DNA of 64,000 bases from an uncultured bacterium (GCA_903855135.1 CAINYB010000001.1:2740-66739); one strand, 5' to 3'; shown: positions 9,922 through 19,494, counted from the first letter of the stretch. Notes: generated from the letters alone by a model not told the origin. Made by a program: numbers and translations.

Positions 9922-10419
9922 CTATTTCTTATTATCTTTTTTATCTTCAGTCTTAGTAGCTTTTTTTACGAGCTTCTCTTTTTTTTCTTTAGTATCTGTT
10001 TTGGCGGTTTTTTCCATATCAGCTAATTTGACAGTTTCAGCTTCCACTTTCTTTTCTTTCACTTTACTCACTACTTTAGCACCGTCTTTGGCAGTCAAAA
10101 CAACAGTGATATGAGCAGAATGTTTACGGAAAGGATGAGCTCTACCAAAAGCAGCAGGTTTAAAACGTTTTAAATCCATGCCTTTGTTGACGATGATACT
10201 TTTGATCATCAAGTCTTCTACGGCTACTTCATAACGATCTTGAGCATTAGCTACTGCTGAGCGTAATAATTTCTCAATCATTGGAGCAGATTTTTTAAAA
10301 ATGACTGGCAAACGAAATAAAGCCTGGCTCACACTCAAACCACGCACAGCACCAGCCACTAGCCTGACTTTCTTTTGTGAAACTTTAACGGAATTTAATT
10401 TTGCTTTGATCTCAATCAT
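9922..10419 (-). CDS. rplV: 50S ribosomal protein uL22 with Lys-rich C-terminal extension
   Basis: SQKKVRLVA, SAVANA, KRFKPAAFGRA, HITVVL. Confidence 0.96.
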   Translation of the reverse strand: MIEIKAKLNSVKVSQKKVRLVAGAVRGLSVSQALFRLPVIFKKSAPMIEKLLRSAVANAQDRYEVAVEDLMIKSIIVNKGMDLKRFKPAAFGRAHPFRKHSAHITVVLTAKDGAKVVSKVKEKKVEAETVKLADMEKTAKTDTKEKKEKLVKKATKTEDKKDNKK

Positions 10420-10439
10420 AGAATTATTTTAAGCTTGCT

Positions 10440-10724
10440 TTATTTACCTTTAGTTTGAGTTTTTGCCATTTTACCACCATGACCCAAAAATTTACGGGTA
10501 GGAGCAAACTCGCCTAATTTGTGGCCGACCATGTTTTCCACTACATAAACATTAAGATGTTCTTTACCATTGTGGACACCAAAAGTAAAACCAACCATTT
10601 CTGGACTGATAGTAGAAGATCTGGACCAAGTTTTAATGATCTTACCAGCATCAGGACGTAAATTGGAAACTTTCTTTAATAATTTGGCGTCAGTAAATAG
10701 ACCTTTTTTTAAACTTCTTGACAT
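10440..10724 (-). CDS. rpsS: 30S ribosomal protein uS19
   Basis: [31 protein letters not shown]. Confidence 0.98.
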   Translation of the reverse strand: MSRSLKKGLFTDAKLLKKVSNLRPDAGKIIKTWSRSSTISPEMVGFTFGVHNGKEHLNVYVVENMVGHKLGEFAPTRKFLGHGGKMAKTQTKGK

Positions 10725-10730
10725 AAGCGT

Positions 10731-11579
10731 TTAATTAGTTGTTTGTCGGCTCTTGCGACGTTTGACAATAAATTTATTAGAAACGTTTTTAGCTTTTCTA
10801 GTTTTAATACCGTAAGCTTTTTTACCAGTGTAAGTTTTAGGAGATTTCAAACCAATTGGGTTGTGACCTTCACCACCACCATGAGGATGATCCACTGGAT
10901 TCATAACTTTACCACGGACAGTTGGACGGATGCCTAAGTGTCTCATGCGGCCAGCTTTACCCCAACGGACGTTTCTAAACTCAGTATTACTCATAGTGCC
11001 AATAGTAGCTGAACATTCTTCGGAAACAATACGAATTTCACCACTAGGTAATTTTAATTGAGCCTGACCATTATCGATAGAAGATAAAATCACACTATTA
11101 CCAGCTGAGCGAGCTAATTGTCCGCCTTTACTGGCAATCATTTCCACATTACAGATAGTAGTACCAGTAGGAATATTTTTTAAAGTAGAACGATTACCAG
11201 GAGTGATAGCTACTTTATTTTTTGAACTCATAATTTTATCACCAACTTTTAAATGTTCTGGTGCTAAAATATAGCGACGTTCACCATCAGCATAAACTAA
11301 CAAAGCAATGCTAGCATTACGATTTGGGTCAAATTCTAAAGTCTCTACACGAGCTGGAATGTCAAATTTATCCATTTTAAAATCTACGATACGTAAATAT
11401 CTTTTGACTCCGCCACCTTGATGTCTGACAGTAATACGACCCTGGTTGTTACGACCAGCGTTCTTTTTTTTGATCACTCTTAAAGACTTAAGCGGCCTAA
11501 CCTGATTTAAATCTTTGTTGATCAAAATACTGGTCTTACGTCTTGAGGCTGTAGTTGGTTTGTATAATTTAATTGCCAT
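10731..11579 (-). CDS. rplB: 50S ribosomal protein uL2
   Basis: [29 protein letters not shown]. Confidence 0.99.
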   Translation of the reverse strand: MAIKLYKPTTASRRKTSILINKDLNQVRPLKSLRVIKKKNAGRNNQGRITVRHQGGGVKRYLRIVDFKMDKFDIPARVETLEFDPNRNASIALLVYADGERRYILAPEHLKVGDKIMSSKNKVAITPGNRSTLKNIPTGTTICNVEMIASKGGQLARSAGNSVILSSIDNGQAQLKLPSGEIRIVSEECSATIGTMSNTEFRNVRWGKAGRMRHLGIRPTVRGKVMNPVDHPHGGGEGHNPIGLKSPKTYTGKKAYGIKTRKAKNVSNKFIVKRRKSRQTTN

Positions 11580-11589
11580 ATCTTACAAA

Positions 11590-11973
11590 TTAAATGCCTT
11601 CATAAATAGTAATACTATCGCCTTTTTTCAAAGTGACAATAGCTTTTTTGGTATTTTTTCTTTTACCAAACTTACGTCCAACGCGGACATTTTTACCTAA
11701 CTCATTAATCACATTCACTGATGCTGGCATCACGCCATAAACAGCTTTGATAGCTTTTTTGATTTCTACTTTGTTAGCCTTATTGTTTACTGCAAAAACA
11801 TATTGATTTAAGCTATTGGCCATGGTAGCTTTTTCAGAAATAACTGGGCGTAACAAAATACTAGCAGTTTTTGGTGTGAAACTTTTTTCTTTATTCACCA
11901 CTTGCTTGTCAGTAGTTTTTACTACTGCTTGAGCTGGTGTTTCTTCTGTGTCTTTTTTCTTAAAAATACCCAT
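11590..11973 (-). CDS. rplW: 50S ribosomal protein uL23 with N-terminal extension
   Basis: PVISEKA, ANKVEIKKAI, KKAIVTL. Start set at MGIFKK, just after the rplD stop. Confidence 0.95.
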   Translation of the reverse strand: MGIFKKKDTEETPAQAVVKTTDKQVVNKEKSFTPKTASILLRPVISEKATMANSLNQYVFAVNNKANKVEIKKAIKAVYGVMPASVNVINELGKNVRVGRKFGKRKNTKKAIVTLKKGDSITIYEGI

Positions 11974-11977
11974 AGCT

Positions 11978-12613
11978 TTATGAATAATGTTTTTCAATCT
12001 TGCTTAACAAATCTTGATTTACCAAAATATACTTATATTTTAATAAATCTACTATATTTAAACTACCAAAATAAATAGCTTTGACTTTTGGAATATTCTT
12101 GCTAGCTTTGACGATATTGTCTTCAGCTTTGGCTGTGACAATCAAAGTTGATTGCTTATTATTTGGTAAATTTTTCAAAGCATTAGCTAAAGTTTTAGTT
12201 TTAGCATCAGCTAAATTATAGCCATCGACTAAGACTAATCTGGATTCAGCTATTTTATCACTGAAAGCCATGGCTAAGGCTTGTTTTTTGACTTTTTTGT
12301 TAACTTTTTGAGCAAAGTTTCTTTCAGAACTTGGACCAAAAGTCACACCACCACCGATCCACAATGGGGAGCGGATAGAGCCATGACGAGCACGTCCAGT
12401 ACCTTTTTGTTTCCAAGGTTTGCGACCACCACCACGTACCTCTGCTCTACCTTTGGTATGAGCAATCGCTTCGCGAGAGTTAGCGTTTTGAGCGATGACA
12501 ACTTGTTGGACTACTATTGGATTGACTTTGACACCAAAAAAGGCAGCATTCAAATCTTGATTACCTAATTCTTTGCCTTCAAAGTTATACAATTTTACTT
12601 TAAGATCTGCCAT
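11978..12613 (-). CDS. rplD: 50S ribosomal protein uL4
   Basis: EVRGGGRKPWKQKGTGRARHGSIRSPLW.GGG..FGP. Confidence 0.98.
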   Translation of the reverse strand: MADLKVKLYNFEGKELGNQDLNAAFFGVKVNPIVVQQVVIAQNANSREAIAHTKGRAEVRGGGRKPWKQKGTGRARHGSIRSPLWIGGGVTFGPSSERNFAQKVNKKVKKQALAMAFSDKIAESRLVLVDGYNLADAKTKTLANALKNLPNNKQSTLIVTAKAEDNIVKASKNIPKVKAIYFGSLNIVDLLKYKYILVNQDLLSKIEKHYS

Positions 12614-12617
12614 ATAT

Positions 12618-13379
12618 TTATTTTACTTCAGCTGAAGTTTCAGCTTCAGTATTTACTTCTTCTTTTACTTCTGTTTCTACTTCGGCCTTTTCCTCTACTA
12701 CCTCAGGAGTAGCAGCAACTTCTTCAACTTTTTCTTCTACAACTGGAGAGGTCTCTGTCACAAAATTAATTTCGCCATCAGTAACAATTTTCACTAAAGT
12801 GTTTCTTGCGCCTGGAACAGCACCTTTGATAAATAACAAATTATTTTTTGGATCAATTTCTATTAATTCCAAATTTTTTACTGTCACAGTATCCACACCC
12901 ATATGGCCAGCCATACGAGTACCTTTAAATACTCTAGCTGGATCAGTCGCACCGATAGAGCCAGGCATTCTTAACTGGTCTTTGTGACCATGTGAAGCAG
13001 GGCTACCTGCAAAACCATGACGTCTAACGACACCTTGAAAACCTTTACCTTTGGAGGTAGCAGTGACTGTCAAATGATCGCCGGCTTGAAAAGAAGTGAC
13101 ATCAAAAACTTTACCACGAGCAAAATCTTCAGTCTTAGCGACTCTAAATTCTCGTAAAACACGAAAATTTGACAGACCTTTTAAGTGTCCTGCCATTGGT
13201 TTATTTGCTTTTTTCTTTTGTTCAAAACCGATCTGAACTGCACTATAGCCATCTTTGTCACCTTTGACTTGGACGACTGTACATGGACCAGCTTTGACCA
13301 CTGTGACTGGGATTACACGACCGTCTGCTAAAAACTTTTGGGTCATTTCCAGTTTTTTTCCTAAAATAAACTTGGCCAT
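12618..13379 (-). CDS. rplC: 50S ribosomal protein uL3 with acidic C-terminal tail
   Basis: ILGKKLEMTQ, SKGKGFQGVVRRH, PGSIG, MAGHMG, KGAVPG. Confidence 0.98.
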   Translation of the reverse strand: MAKFILGKKLEMTQKFLADGRVIPVTVVKAGPCTVVQVKGDKDGYSAVQIGFEQKKKANKPMAGHLKGLSNFRVLREFRVAKTEDFARGKVFDVTSFQAGDHLTVTATSKGKGFQGVVRRHGFAGSPASHGHKDQLRMPGSIGATDPARVFKGTRMAGHMGVDTVTVKNLELIEIDPKNNLLFIKGAVPGARNTLVKIVTDGEINFVTETSPVVEEKVEEVAATPEVVEEKAEVETEVKEEVNTEAETSAEVK

Positions 13380-13630
13380 TTCTTTGAATTTATTTATTAA
13401 ATAAAAATCGTGATTTTATACTTTAAACATTTTAAAGGATAAAATCACGATTCTAGCAACAAAACTTATTTTTTCACCTAAAATTAAATAGGTGATAAAT
13501 TTTTCTTTTGTAGTTTAGATTTTTACTTGGTGATTTAACCTTTAATTAAATTTTATTCTTTGCCACACTTCCAAATAATTTGGGTTATGTCAAAAGGAAC
13601 TAAATTTATTATTTTATTTGTCAAAAACAA

Positions 13631-13954
13631 TTACATTTTAATTTCAATATCCACACCAGCTGGAAGATTCAAGTTTTGTAAAGTATCAATGGTTTGCGGA
13701 GTTGAATTGATGATATCTAACATTCTTTTGTGAATTCTCATTTCATATTGATCACGAGAATTTTTGTGCACAAAAGTAGAACGCAATACAGTAAACTTTT
13801 TCTTTTCTGTAGGCAAAGGAATAGGTCCCAAAATCTTAGCACCACTACGTTCAACCGCCTCAATGATGGTCTTGGTAGCTTGGTCAATGATCTTGTGATC
13901 ATAGGCGCGAATCTTGATGCGAATTCTTGACTGGATTTCTTCTTTAGCTTGCAT
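13631..13954 (-). CDS. rpsJ: 30S ribosomal protein uS10
   Basis: IRIKIRAYDH, GPIPLPT, SRDQYEMRIHKR, LPAGVDIEIK. Confidence 0.98.
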   Translation of the reverse strand: MQAKEEIQSRIRIKIRAYDHKIIDQATKTIIEAVERSGAKILGPIPLPTEKKKFTVLRSTFVHKNSRDQYEMRIHKRMLDIINSTPQTIDTLQNLNLPAGVDIEIKM

Positions 13955-14008
13955 GGAAAATGAATTTAAATTAATAATTGTTAAATTGCTTATTTTTATA
14001 TTCTTTTC

Positions 14009-14040
14009 CCCTGCCAGGCCCCCGAAGGGGCATGGCAGAG
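14009..14040 (-). terminator. Hairpin downstream of tuf
   Basis: ctgccaggcc-ccga-agggcatggcag imperfect stem just after the tuf stop. Confidence 0.5.
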
Positions 14041-14052
14041 AAAGGAAAATAT

Positions 14053-15240
14053 TTATTTAATGATTTTGGTCACTACACCAGCACCGACTGTACGTCCACC
14101 TTCGCGGATAGCAAATCTAGATTTTTCTTCTAGAGCGACTGGGTTGATTAATTTGATGTTCAAATTAATAGTGTCTCCTGGCATAACCATTTCTGTACCT
14201 TCTGGTAAAATAACTTCACCAGTTACGTCAGTTGTACGGATATAGAATTGTGGTTTATAGCCTTTGAAAAATGGAGTATGACGACCACCTTCATCTTTAC
14301 TTAAAATATAAGTTTCAGCTGTAAACTCAGTATGAGGAGTAATAGTGCCTGGCTTGGCTAATACCTGACCACGCTCTACATCTTCCTTTTTGGTACCACG
14401 TAATAACAAACCAGCATTGTCGCCAGCGCGACCTTCTTCTAATTGTTTGTTAAACATTTCAATACCAGTTACTACAGTTTTAGCAGTTGGTCTCAAACCA
14501 ACTAATTCAACTTCTTCGTTGATCTTGATCACACCTCTTTCGATACGACCAGTAACTACAGTACCACGGCCTTCAATTGAGAAAATGTCTTCAATTGGCA
14601 TCAAGAAAGTATGTTCAGTATCACGTTTTGGATCTGGAATATAATCATCCAAAGCTTTGACTAAATCCATGATTGGTTGACCAGCGTCACCAGTTGGGTC
14701 GTTCAAAGCTTTTAAGGCTGAGCCACGAATTATAGGGGTAGCATCGCCAGGGAATTCATATTTCTTTAATAAATCACGAATTTCTTCTTCTACTAAATCG
14801 ATTAATTCTGGATCATCTACTTGATCAACTTTGTTCAAGAAAACAATAATATAAGGCACACCAACTTGACGAGCAAGCAAGATGTGTTCACGAGTTTGAG
14901 GCATAGGACCATCAGTGGCAGAAACCACTAAAACAGCACCATCCATCTGAGCAGCACCAGTAATCATGTTTTTGACATAGTCAGCATGACCTGGACAGTC
15001 AACGTGAGCATAGTGACGAGCATCACTTTCATATTCAACGTGAGCAGTTGCGATAGTAATACCACGCTCTTTTTCTTCTGGAGCGTTGTCAATTTGGTCA
15101 ACATCTTTGTGTTGAGCAACACCACCTCTAGCTGATAAAACTTTTAAGATAGCGGCGGTTAAGGTAGTTTTACCATGATCAACGTGACCAATGGTACCAA
15201 CATTGACATGGACTTTTTCTCTTTTAAAAACTTCTGCCAT
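14053..15240 (-). CDS. tuf: Elongation factor Tu
   Basis: [43 protein letters not shown]. Confidence 0.99.
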   Translation of the reverse strand: MAEVFKREKVHVNVGTIGHVDHGKTTLTAAILKVLSARGGVAQHKDVDQIDNAPEEKERGITIATAHVEYESDARHYAHVDCPGHADYVKNMITGAAQMDGAVLVVSATDGPMPQTREHILLARQVGVPYIIVFLNKVDQVDDPELIDLVEEEIRDLLKKYEFPGDATPIIRGSALKALNDPTGDAGQPIMDLVKALDDYIPDPKRDTEHTFLMPIEDIFSIEGRGTVVTGRIERGVIKINEEVELVGLRPTAKTVVTGIEMFNKQLEEGRAGDNAGLLLRGTKKEDVERGQVLAKPGTITPHTEFTAETYILSKDEGGRHTPFFKGYKPQFYIRTTDVTGEVILPEGTEMVMPGDTINLNIKLINPVALEEKSRFAIREGGRTVGAGVVTKIIK

Positions 15241-15352
15241 TTTCTTTTATTCTCCTTACGATAGCAATCCCTTCAAATATTCAGGATTTTTATGATCCAG
15301 CTATCTTGAATTTAATTATTTATTAATTATTTTAATTATTTAAAACACAAAG

Positions 15353-15381
15353 ATTATAGCACGGTCTTTTGATTTTGGCAA
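15353..15381 (-). promoter_or_regulatory. sigma70-type promoter of tuf (TTGCCA-17-TATAAT, extended -10 TG)
   Basis: Minus strand reads ttgccaaaatcaaaagaccgtgctataat. Confidence 0.7.
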
Positions 15382-15438
15382 GAGCCTAAAAACCCCAGGC
15401 TAAATGTGCCTATTTTGTGCTAATATTAGCCAAAAAGA

Positions 15439-15819
15439 TTAATTATCCCCCACTGGTTCTAAATAGTACTTTTCTTCCTCTGAACTCAAGCCTGGCTCTG
15501 AATTTTCAGCACTTTCCGGTTTTTTCTCTAAATCTAAGCTTTTCACCTGGCCACTAGCGACTGTTTGCTCGTCGATTTTGAACTGATCAAGATTATAATC
15601 ATTGCTGGCCTGGACAGATTTCCAGATGGCAATATCCCGATTTATCTTACTCAAAAGCTCATCTTCGCTCAAATCATGAACAGCGACATTGTTCGTCAAG
15701 AGTCTTTCATAGTCTTTTAGGCTCATAACGACATAAGGATCATGATTTTCGGAAACCACAATCATTTTGTCCCCTGTTTTGGTCACCAAAGCTAAAACTT
15801 GGTCTAATTTTTTATACAT
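15439..15819 (-). CDS. Hypothetical protein with Phd/YefM-antitoxin-like N-terminus and acidic tail
   Basis: LDQVLALVTKTGDKMIVVSENHDPYVVMSLKDYERL resembles the Phd/YefM pattern; own TTGACA-17-TAAGCT promoter at about 15844-15872. Confidence 0.6.
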   Translation of the reverse strand: MYKKLDQVLALVTKTGDKMIVVSENHDPYVVMSLKDYERLLTNNVAVHDLSEDELLSKINRDIAIWKSVQASNDYNLDQFKIDEQTVASGQVKSLDLEKKPESAENSEPGLSSEEEKYYLEPVGDN

Positions 15820-15880
15820 AAAATTTAGCTTAAATTTACACCAAGCTTATAAAAAATATGGGAGTTTGTCAAATATTTAC

Positions 15881-15982
15881 AACCCCTTCTGTCCTTGCGG
15901 ACATCTTCCCCTTCGTAAGGGGAAGAATTGTCACAAAAGCTTCAATTCTCCTCCCCTTACGAAGGGGAGGCTGGGAGGGGTT
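15881..15982. repeat. Composite double-hairpin repeat (gene-less copy of the DUF559-associated element)
   Basis: aaccccttctgtcct..cggacatcttccccttcgtaaggggaaga - tcacaaaag - ctcctccccttacgaaggggagg.tgggaggggtt; matches 18982-19027 and 19403-19494. Confidence 0.85.
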
Positions 15983-16034
15983 ATGATAAATTTCCATAAA
16001 ATACCCCCGCGAAGCGAGGATATTTGTAAGCTAA

Positions 16035-17165
16035 TTATTTATTTAAAATAAACTCTAGATAAACTTTAGTACCTTTATTTTCTTGACTTTCTAGCCAAAC
16101 TTTGGCTCCTGGATGCTTGTCTATCACCTCTTTGACGATAAATAAACCCAAGCCAGAACCATCAGTATAAGCATTTTTAGCATTCTTGGCTCGCGCAAAT
16201 TTATTAAAAACTTTAGCTTGATCAGCTTTTGGGATGCCGATACCAGTGTCTTGGATAGTCAGTAAAACTTTATCAACATTTTTAGCCAGGGTCACCGTCA
16301 CTGCACCTTGGATAGTATATTTAATCGCATTGTCTAAAATATGATCAATGGTTTCGCCTAAATATTTCAAACTACCCCGAATCAACATTGATTCATTTGG
16401 TTTTTGCCAAACAAGCTGTAATTTTTTTGCTTGTGCATCAAAAATATGCTCAGAAATAATCTTGTTTACTAAATCTGTTAAATCAATTTGATCATCAGTG
16501 GTAATATTCATTTCGCTACCAGTTTCCATCTCTGAGGCCATCAAAATATCATTGATAATTTCTTCTAGCTTAATGCTTTTTTGATACATGCCGTCAATAA
16601 ATTTACTACGTTCAACTGGCTTCATCTTATCCATGTCACCATCACGCATCATCGCTAATGTTCCTCTGATCACCGAGGTCGGTGTTCTTAGCTGATGAGA
16701 AGCAATGTCTAAAAAATCAGAACGCATTTCTACTAATTTTAGCATGCGTTCAGCCTTGGCTTTAATTTCCTTAGTTTGCTCAGCCACCTTATCCTCTAAT
16801 TTAGAAGATAAAGTTTTTAATTCCTCTTTAGCTTTTTTTTCAAAAAAATTAGACTTAATAATTTTTTCTGTACTTTTATTAAAAAAATACCCGTAAATAA
16901 TAACAATCGCAAAAACTATGATGATGGGTGCAAAAGATAATTTTTTATCTAAGATATAAAAGAGAGCTAAGGCAAAACAAATAAGCAACGCACTAATCAC
17001 TTGATATTGCAAAAATAAACAATGACGAAATCTTAATTCGCAATATTGACAACGTGTATAGGGCAAAGAATTTAAATTTTTTACTAACCAACAATTTTTA
17101 TTTAAATATGTTTCTCCGCCAATAGCTTTCACTTGCTTATTATTTGTTATTTGTTGTTTAGACAT
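16035..17165 (-). CDS. Membrane sensor histidine kinase (HisKA + HATPase) with N-terminal Cys cluster
   Basis: ASHQLRTP H-box, DNAIKYT N-box, DTGIGI G1, GSGLGLFI G2; two TM helices; N-terminal CW-x11-CxxC-x6-C. Confidence 0.93.
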   Translation of the reverse strand: MSKQQITNNKQVKAIGGETYLNKNCWLVKNLNSLPYTRCQYCELRFRHCLFLQYQVISALLICFALALFYILDKKLSFAPIIIVFAIVIIYGYFFNKSTEKIIKSNFFEKKAKEELKTLSSKLEDKVAEQTKEIKAKAERMLKLVEMRSDFLDIASHQLRTPTSVIRGTLAMMRDGDMDKMKPVERSKFIDGMYQKSIKLEEIINDILMASEMETGSEMNITTDDQIDLTDLVNKIISEHIFDAQAKKLQLVWQKPNESMLIRGSLKYLGETIDHILDNAIKYTIQGAVTVTLAKNVDKVLLTIQDTGIGIPKADQAKVFNKFARAKNAKNAYTDGSGLGLFIVKEVIDKHPGAKVWLESQENKGTKVYLEFILNK

Positions 17166-17583
17166 TTGTTTGTTTACTAAAAAGCCTCTTGAAAGTTACA
17201 TACATCAAAGTAGCCACACAAAAACCAACTAAACAAGCCAAAAAAATCATCATATCAACGACTAAAATATAAATCCAAGCAAAATTAGTCATCTGAGTAT
17301 ACTGCAAAAGTAAAAAACCAATCAACAATAAAAATCCAGTTGCCCCAGAAACAAAATTTAATTCGCCAGAATCTTTTTGAATTGGTGTATAATTTTTTTT
17401 AGTTAGCATAGCATGAATCTGATAAGGTAGATTGAGCTTTACAGAAAAAGCTCCTAAAATAGTAGCAATCGCCACAAATAACACTAGCCATTTGTTGTGT
17501 AAAAAAAAGGCAGCTAAAACTAAAATTGCATAAAGAGCGCGAGAAAACTTAAGTGAACGATCATAGATTGAACAAACTTGCAT
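17158..17583 (-). CDS. DUF4395-like small membrane protein
   Basis: Four TM segments, D...KFSR N-terminal motif and C-terminal ACLVGFCVAT resembling the DUF4395 GFCxGC motif. Confidence 0.7.
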   Translation of the reverse strand: MQVCSIYDRSLKFSRALYAILVLAAFFLHNKWLVLFVAIATILGAFSVKLNLPYQIHAMLTKKNYTPIQKDSGELNFVSGATGFLLLIGFLLLQYTQMTNFAWIYILVVDMMIFLACLVGFCVATLMYVTFKRLFSKQTNV

Positions 17584-17589
17584 AAATTT

Positions 17590-18918
17590 TTATTTATTAG
17601 TTAAAATTTTTTTTACTGCCAAACAAGCTTTTTTAACATCATTTAAATCATTATAAATATAAAAACTTAAACGACAACTAGCTGGCGGATTTAATTTATA
17701 ATAATGATGAGCTAAAGTTGCACAATGACAACCAGCGCGAGATTCTATTCCCATTTTATTTAAATTTTCAGCAATTTTAAAAGGACTAAATTGAGGATGA
17801 TTAAAAGCTACTAGCGATGTTCTCTTACTCGGGTTTTTTGGCCCATAAATATTCAGACCTTCTATACTTTGTAAAATATTTAAAGCTTCTGTCATCAAAT
17901 CTTTTTCATGCTCGGAAATATTAGCCATAGCTTTTTTTACATCCGCTAAAGCTAATTTTTTATCTGACATAAAATAAACATTTTTGCCCGGCCACAAAGC
18001 AAAATCTATCAACAACCTAATACTTTGAGCGGATAAAATAGTGCCCAAAATATTTGGCGTACCAGCCGTAAATTTCCATGGTAAAACATTGTAGCCAACT
18101 TTAGTTGGTGTCACTTGTCCGTCAGCAATCATATCACCACCGTAAAGAAAAGGTTTCATACCTAAAAGTAATTTTTCCTTAGCATACAAAGCTCCTACAC
18201 CAAAAGGAGCTAACATTTTATGAAATGACCAAACAAAAAAATCGATATCAAGAGCTTTGACGTCGATAAAAATATTTGGCGCTGTTTGCGCCCCATCGAT
18301 TAAAAGATATGACCTTTTTTCACCACTTGGCTGTTTATAGCCACTTAAGTCTGCGATTTCTTTAATTTTTTTGATAGGATTTTTAGTGCCTAAAAAATTA
18401 GACGCTCCCGTACAACAAACTAATTTTGTCCTATTATCTACCAATGACTTAAGGTGCTCTAGATCAAGCTCGCCAGTGTTTTTGTCAAATTTAGCTAAAC
18501 GACATTCTACTTTGATACCAAATTTTGGTAAAATTTCTTTACATAGACCATACCAAGGAACATAATTTGAATTATGCTCCATAAACGTCGTCACTACATT
18601 GTCACCAGTTTTGAATTCCGTGAGCAAAGAATACATGACCGCATTGATAGCTTCTGTGGTATTGCGATACAAGATAATATTCTTTACTGAAGGCGCGTTG
18701 ATAAATTGAGCAATTGTTTCATAAGCTGCTTCAAATTCTTTAGTGGTAGCCATAGAAGCATCTGATTGACCACGATGGACATTATCATACTTGACGCTTA
18801 ACTTTTTTAAAAGATCTAAAAGCTGTACTGGAATTTGAGTGCTAGCAGCATTATTAGAAACAATCCTACCAGCCTTGATAGCTGGAAAAAACTTCCGAAT
18901 TTTATTTGTATTTAGCAT
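17590..18918 (-). CDS. Group II cysteine desulfurase (SufS/CsdA-like, PLP-dependent)
   Basis: NNAASTQ, NVHRG, NTTEAIN, MEHNSNYVPW, DGAQ, SFHKM (PLP Lys), AGTPNI, RAGCHCA. Start chosen at MLNTNK (18918), downstream of a TTGTCT-17-TATAAT promoter (18938-18966). Confidence 0.92.
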   Translation of the reverse strand: MLNTNKIRKFFPAIKAGRIVSNNAASTQIPVQLLDLLKKLSVKYDNVHRGQSDASMATTKEFEAAYETIAQFINAPSVKNIILYRNTTEAINAVMYSLLTEFKTGDNVVTTFMEHNSNYVPWYGLCKEILPKFGIKVECRLAKFDKNTGELDLEHLKSLVDNRTKLVCCTGASNFLGTKNPIKKIKEIADLSGYKQPSGEKRSYLLIDGAQTAPNIFIDVKALDIDFFVWSFHKMLAPFGVGALYAKEKLLLGMKPFLYGGDMIADGQVTPTKVGYNVLPWKFTAGTPNILGTILSAQSIRLLIDFALWPGKNVYFMSDKKLALADVKKAMANISEHEKDLMTEALNILQSIEGLNIYGPKNPSKRTSLVAFNHPQFSPFKIAENLNKMGIESRAGCHCATLAHHYYKLNPPASCRLSFYIYNDLNDVKKACLAVKKILTNK

Positions 18919-18973
18919 AAAATATAAAAACAATAACATTATACAATATATTCTGATTTAAGACAAAAACACC

Positions 18974-19381
18974 CTACAAATAACCCCTTCTGTCCTCACG
19001 GACATCTCCCCCTTCGTAAGGGGGAGAAAATAAACTTTCCTTAATTCTCTCTAAAACAATTTCTAAATTATTAATTACTTCAATATTAGTAAAACGTAAA
19101 ACTTTAAGGCCTAAAGCTTCAAGTTTATTTTGACGATAATCATCATATTTAATTTCTTCTTTTTTTAAATGAATACTACCATCAACTTCAATTACTAGCT
19201 TTAATTTTGGACAATAAAAATCGACTACAAATGAGTCGATACTAAATTGACGTTTAAAACGATAGCCTTGTACTTTTTTATTTTTTAATTCTGACCATAA
19301 AAGTAATTCTGCGTTAGTCATTTTGCTTCTTAACTGACGACGCCTAAGTATTAAGCTATTTTTATTAAATAAAAAAGTCAT
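18974..19381 (-). CDS. DUF559 (Vsr-like / PD-(D/E)xK) endonuclease domain protein
   Basis: RQLRSKMTNAELLLWSEL, FKRQFSI..FVVDFYC..KLVIEVDGSIH, D..R...LE.LGLKVLRFTN. Confidence 0.92.
   Translation of the reverse strand: MTFLFNKNSLILRRRQLRSKMTNAELLLWSELKNKKVQGYRFKRQFSIDSFVVDFYCPKLKLVIEVDGSIHLKKEEIKYDDYRQNKLEALGLKVLRFTNIEVINNLEIVLERIKESLFSPPYEGGDVREDRRGYL
18982..19027. repeat. Left half of the composite palindromic repeat, overlapping the DUF559 3' end
   Basis: aaccccttctgtcctcacggacatctcccccttcgtaagggggaga, nearly identical to 15881-15926. Confidence 0.85.
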
Positions 19382-19402
19382 TTTTGCTTTTCTTCTTCAC
19401 TT

Positions 19403-19494
19403 AACCCCCTCTTTATCTCCCCCTTCGTAAGGGGGAGAAATATCACAAAAGTTTGAGTGCTCCTCCCCTTACGAAGGGGAGGTTGGGAGGGGTT
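19403..19494. repeat. Composite double-hairpin repeat upstream of DUF559
   Basis: tctcccccttcgtaagggggaga + tcacaaaag + ctcctccccttacgaaggggaggttgggaggggtt. Confidence 0.85.

Noticed and set aside
15767-16051. 94-aa plus-strand ORF
   Set aside because: It is the translation of the palindromic repeat and overlaps genes at both ends.
18941-18956. NrdR-box-like sequence atacaatatattctga in the sufS promoter spacer
   Set aside because: It is a single imperfect match lacking the conserved G, in very AT-rich DNA; NrdR boxes normally occur in tandem.
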